From: Acidimicrobiia bacterium
GTDB taxonomy: Bacteria > Actinomycetota > Acidimicrobiia > Spongiisociales > ZC4RG35
Assembly (NCBI GenBank): GCA_965215185.1
Contig: OZ244034.1
Coordinates: 352,001-416,000 of the forward strand
Direction of reading: 5' to 3'
DNA: 64,000 bases
The first letter of the stretch is position 1; the number at the start of each line of letters is the position of its first letter. This document shows, piece after piece, positions 61,128 through 64,000 of the stretch. The position numbers were made by a program, and so were the translations under genes. The notes under the pieces are model-generated. The model was given only the letters and a program-made list of their open reading frames with translations. It was not told the origin of the DNA and ran no database searches.

Positions 61128-62402
61128 ATGATGAGTCTTTACGAGCCGACATACATGGAGGGCACCTTGGGGACCATGGCCGTGGACTGGGAGGAGCGTA
61201 TCAATATGGCCCGCATGCGCGACGAGCGAAAAGCGCGGGCTCAGCATCACATTGCCGAAGCCGGTCTGGGTTCTGTACTCCTGTTGGATGATCCCAATAT
61301 CCGTTATGTGACAGGTCTGGCGATGCTAGGCGGCTCCGGGGCGGACCACTACAGCTTCCTCACCGCCGGAGGGGACACCGTGCATTGGGATACCGCCGAC
61401 CACGCCAGCAACGAACGGGCCAACTGCCCTTGGTTGCCCGACATCCGTTACGCGGCGCCGGGTCTGGGCAATGTCCCCCGGGCCAGCGGATCGCCCTCGG
61501 CTCGGGAGTTCCTGCTCAACACCATGGCAGACCTGATTGTGGAGGCAGCGCATGACTACGACGTTCACCGGGATCCGGTGGGCATCGACTCCACCCAGCC
61601 GGCTCTGGCCGCCAAACTCCGGGAACGGGGACTGGAGGTTAGGGAAGGCGCGGCCGATGCTCTCCACACCGCCCGCCAGACCAAGACCAAGGACGAGATC
61701 GAGTGTTTCCGGGTGCTCTCGGCGATCTGCGAGGCCGGGTTCATGGCGATCAAGAAGACCGCCGAGCCGGGAGTTACCGAACAGGAAGTCTGGGGAGCGG
61801 CGTCGGAAGCAGTCCTGCGCAGGGGAGGGACGGTGGAAGGAGGGTATGTCACCAGCGGCCCGAATACCTGGCCCAAGCACCAGGCCAACACCACCGACCG
61901 GATGCTGCGCCCCGGCGACATCATGTACGCCGACTTCTACAGCGCCACTTTCCAGGGCTACCGGTCGTGTGTCTACCGGACTTTCTCCATCGGCAAGCCG
62001 AAGCAGCGTTCCGTTGACGCCTATAAGCGCGCCCGTGACTGGATGTACAACGTGATCGAGGCGATCCGTCCCGGCGTGACCACCGGCGAGGTGGCGATGC
62101 ACTTTCCCGACCGGGAAGGCGAGCATATGGATTGGTACGGCGCACAGCACTACTGGCAGATGACCACCAACCAGTGGGCGCACGGTCTGGGACTTCAGCT
62201 TTACGAACGCCCTTTGATCTGGCGGGGAATCTCGGTGGACCATCCGATCGAGATACAGGAAGGCATGACCATGGCGGTGGAAACCCAGGAACCCGACGGG
62301 CGCTCCGGCATGCGGGTGGAAGAAATGATCGTGGTCCGCGAAAACGGTGCCGAAGTCCTAACCCGCTGGCCGGTCGACGAGATTACGGTGATCGACTTCT
62401 AA
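61128..62402 (+). CDS. M24 (Xaa-Pro peptidase/creatinase-fold) hydrolase
   Basis: NIRYVTG, KTKDEIE, HGLGL..YE.P, GMTMAVE, RVEE. Confidence 0.85.
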   Translation: MMSLYEPTYMEGTLGTMAVDWEERINMARMRDERKARAQHHIAEAGLGSVLLLDDPNIRYVTGLAMLGGSGADHYSFLTAGGDTVHWDTADHASNERANCPWLPDIRYAAPGLGNVPRASGSPSAREFLLNTMADLIVEAAHDYDVHRDPVGIDSTQPALAAKLRERGLEVREGAADALHTARQTKTKDEIECFRVLSAICEAGFMAIKKTAEPGVTEQEVWGAASEAVLRRGGTVEGGYVTSGPNTWPKHQANTTDRMLRPGDIMYADFYSATFQGYRSCVYRTFSIGKPKQRSVDAYKRARDWMYNVIEAIRPGVTTGEVAMHFPDREGEHMDWYGAQHYWQMTTNQWAHGLGLQLYERPLIWRGISVDHPIEIQEGMTMAVETQEPDGRSGMRVEEMIVVRENGAEVLTRWPVDEITVIDF

Positions 62403-62432
62403 GTCCTGTTACAAGGAACCCATGGAATAGGG

Positions 62433-62615
62433 TTACTCAATTGGCTTGACCGCGTCCCCGGGCCGCAAATCCTCTATTTCCCAGGGACCAGCCACTGTCA
62501 GTATCTCGGGATCTCCAGTAAGCAGCACGGCTTGGTGAGCCTGGGCAGCGGAGATGGCCATGGCGGTGGCGAAGACCGTTTGATGCCTGGCCATGATTCG
62601 AGCGGCTGTCATCAC
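62433..62615 (-). pseudogene. Probable PIN-domain (VapC-like) C-terminal remnant
   Basis: AARI....A.A.....AVLLTGDPEI resembles PIN C-termini; no N-terminal half and no antitoxin gene. Confidence 0.45.
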
Positions 62616-62651
62616 TCGATGTTCAGATGCCTCGTCTGCTATCGGGTGGGA

Positions 62652-63530
62652 CTATTTCTCGGCGCGTTGTGCAGCTTGGGCGCGGGCCAGCACGGATCTT
62701 GCAGTTCGGGCTACCGCGTAATCGATCATCTTGCCGGCGGCGCCCACGGAAGCCGTTCCATCCGCCAGGGCCCTTTCGAACACCTCAAGGATTGAGCGGT
62801 GATGCGCTACTTCCTCGGCGGTAGGGGTGAAGACCTCGTTGATAATGCCCACCTGCGCGGGATGGATGGCAAGTTTGGCCACATACCCCAGACGGCGGGC
62901 AAGCTGGCTCTCGACTCGTAACGCGTCTTGATCCCGGAAGTTCATGAATACCCCGTCAATGGGATGAGGGAGGCCTGCCGCGCGAGCGGCCAGAAGTACC
63001 CGGGATCGGGAATAGTGGAGACCTGTTCCAACGGGTTCCCACTCTACGCCGAGGTCAGCCACCAGGTCTCCCTGTTCTCCGCTTCCGAACATGACTGCCT
63101 CCACCCTCGGGCATCCATCGAGGATCTCAAAGGCGTTCTGGACTCCCACCGCAGTCTCGATCATGGGGATGAGAGCGATCGAACCCTCCGATCGGCCCCC
63201 TGCCGTCTCGAGTGCGCTCAGGGCGCCGCACACTTTCAGCATGACCTGTCTGCTTTCGGCCTTGGGAAGGATCACGCCGTCCACGCTGGCATGGGCGGAC
63301 GCAACCAGGTCTTCCCACAGGAGACCGGTATCGAAGCCATTGAGACGCACGAAAAAGGGGATGGAACTATCAGGCAGGGAGGCGAGATTGGCGCGCGCGT
63401 CTTTCTTGACGTTGGTCGCCACGGCATCTTCCAGATCCACGATCACAGCATCTGCAGATGATCGGGCCGCTTTGGCGATCAGGTCGGGCCGATGCCCGGG
63501 AGTGAAGAGCATCGAACGGACTGCGTCCAT
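62652..63530 (-). CDS. CitE/HpcH-family CoA-ester lyase
   Basis: RSMLFTPG, DLEDAV, VRLN, LPK, IETA, AIHPAQ, GKMID. Confidence 0.9.
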   Translation of the reverse strand: MDAVRSMLFTPGHRPDLIAKAARSSADAVIVDLEDAVATNVKKDARANLASLPDSSIPFFVRLNGFDTGLLWEDLVASAHASVDGVILPKAESRQVMLKVCGALSALETAGGRSEGSIALIPMIETAVGVQNAFEILDGCPRVEAVMFGSGEQGDLVADLGVEWEPVGTGLHYSRSRVLLAARAAGLPHPIDGVFMNFRDQDALRVESQLARRLGYVAKLAIHPAQVGIINEVFTPTAEEVAHHRSILEVFERALADGTASVGAAGKMIDYAVARTARSVLARAQAAQRAEK

Positions 63531-63734
63531 GACAGGTTTCCTTGTCTCTTGTTTGATTGGTGACGGGCTCGCCCGGGGCCAAAGGCTGATTTGAGACTCC
63601 AGCCTAATGTGTCCTATTCCAGCATGCGGCGACTCTTTCTGTACAAGATGACCGCACGTCTACCGGTGTGCTGCCACACCGTACCCCTATCCCGGTAGGG
63701 GTCCTAAATGTCACCGATCTTTGCGCCACACCGC

Positions 63735-63800
63735 TTGACATCAGCTCTTCTACGGACTATGGTCTGTGATCTGTGATCACTGATCACAGACCACAGATCA
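63735..63800 (+). promoter_or_regulatory. Sigma-70-type promoter with overlapping palindromic operator
   Basis: TTGACA-17 bp-TATGGT; TGGTCTGTGATC (63760-71) / GATCACAGACCA (63782-93) inverted repeat. Confidence 0.7.
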
Positions 63801-63831
63801 CTCGGTCTGAGACTAGACAAAGGAGTAAGGT

Positions 63832-64000
63832 ATGAGGACGGATTTCAAACCTGGAAGCCGCAGGGCCCCACGTAAGAGGGGGCTAGGTCTGCAGGTAATG
63901 ATTGCTGCCAGCCTGGTCGTGGCTCTGCTGGCGGCGGCGTGCGGAACAGACGCTGAGCCCGCGGCCACCACCGCTGCGCCGGCCACCACAGCCGCGGCAG
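63832..64000 (+). CDS. Lipoprotein, probably a substrate-binding protein, 3'-partial
   Basis: AAGGAG RBS, lipobox LAAAC, TTAAP linker like the other SBPs in the window. Confidence 0.7.
   Translation, partial: MRTDFKPGSRRAPRKRGLGLQVMIAASLVVALLAAACGTDAEPAATTAAPATTAAA

Noticed and set aside
33667-62243. Long antisense ORFs (e.g. 33667-34929, 49771-50955, 61326-62243)
   Set aside because: Shadow frames of high-GC genes with no recognisable motifs

Overview
High-GC bacterial DNA, probably Actinomycetota and possibly Acidimicrobiia (inferred from LAAAC lipoproteins with TTAAP-type linkers and actinobacterial IS110/ISL3 elements). Layout: (i) a ThiP/FbpB-like permease and a broken sensor kinase; (ii) an apparently lower-GC accessory island (~2.72-18.96 kb) with a Dpp/Opp ABC system, amidase, phosphotriesterase-like enzyme, a hydantoinase/oxoprolinase pair bracketed by inverted ISL3 remnants, and an AtuA/DUF4387 pair; (iii) a nested stack of IS110 elements (18.96-23.21 kb); (iv) housekeeping genes (purA, ycaQ-like, purB, msrA) with some frameshifted genes; (v) an osmolyte locus with a BCCT carrier, a ProX lipoprotein and a GluR0-like K+ channel fused to an extra ProX-type domain; (vi) a ~24 kb IclR-associated catabolic operon (Liv-type ABC, two hydantoinase/oxoprolinase pairs each followed by a class III aminotransferase, CoA transferase, E1/E2, SDRs, M24 hydrolase). 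Most striking: three IS110 leaders share a bridge-RNA-like scaffold, and in each the variable guide matches the DNA flanking that element. Two IS110 lineages appear to target nearly the same motif in each other's transposase genes. All alignments were done by eye and no database searches were run.
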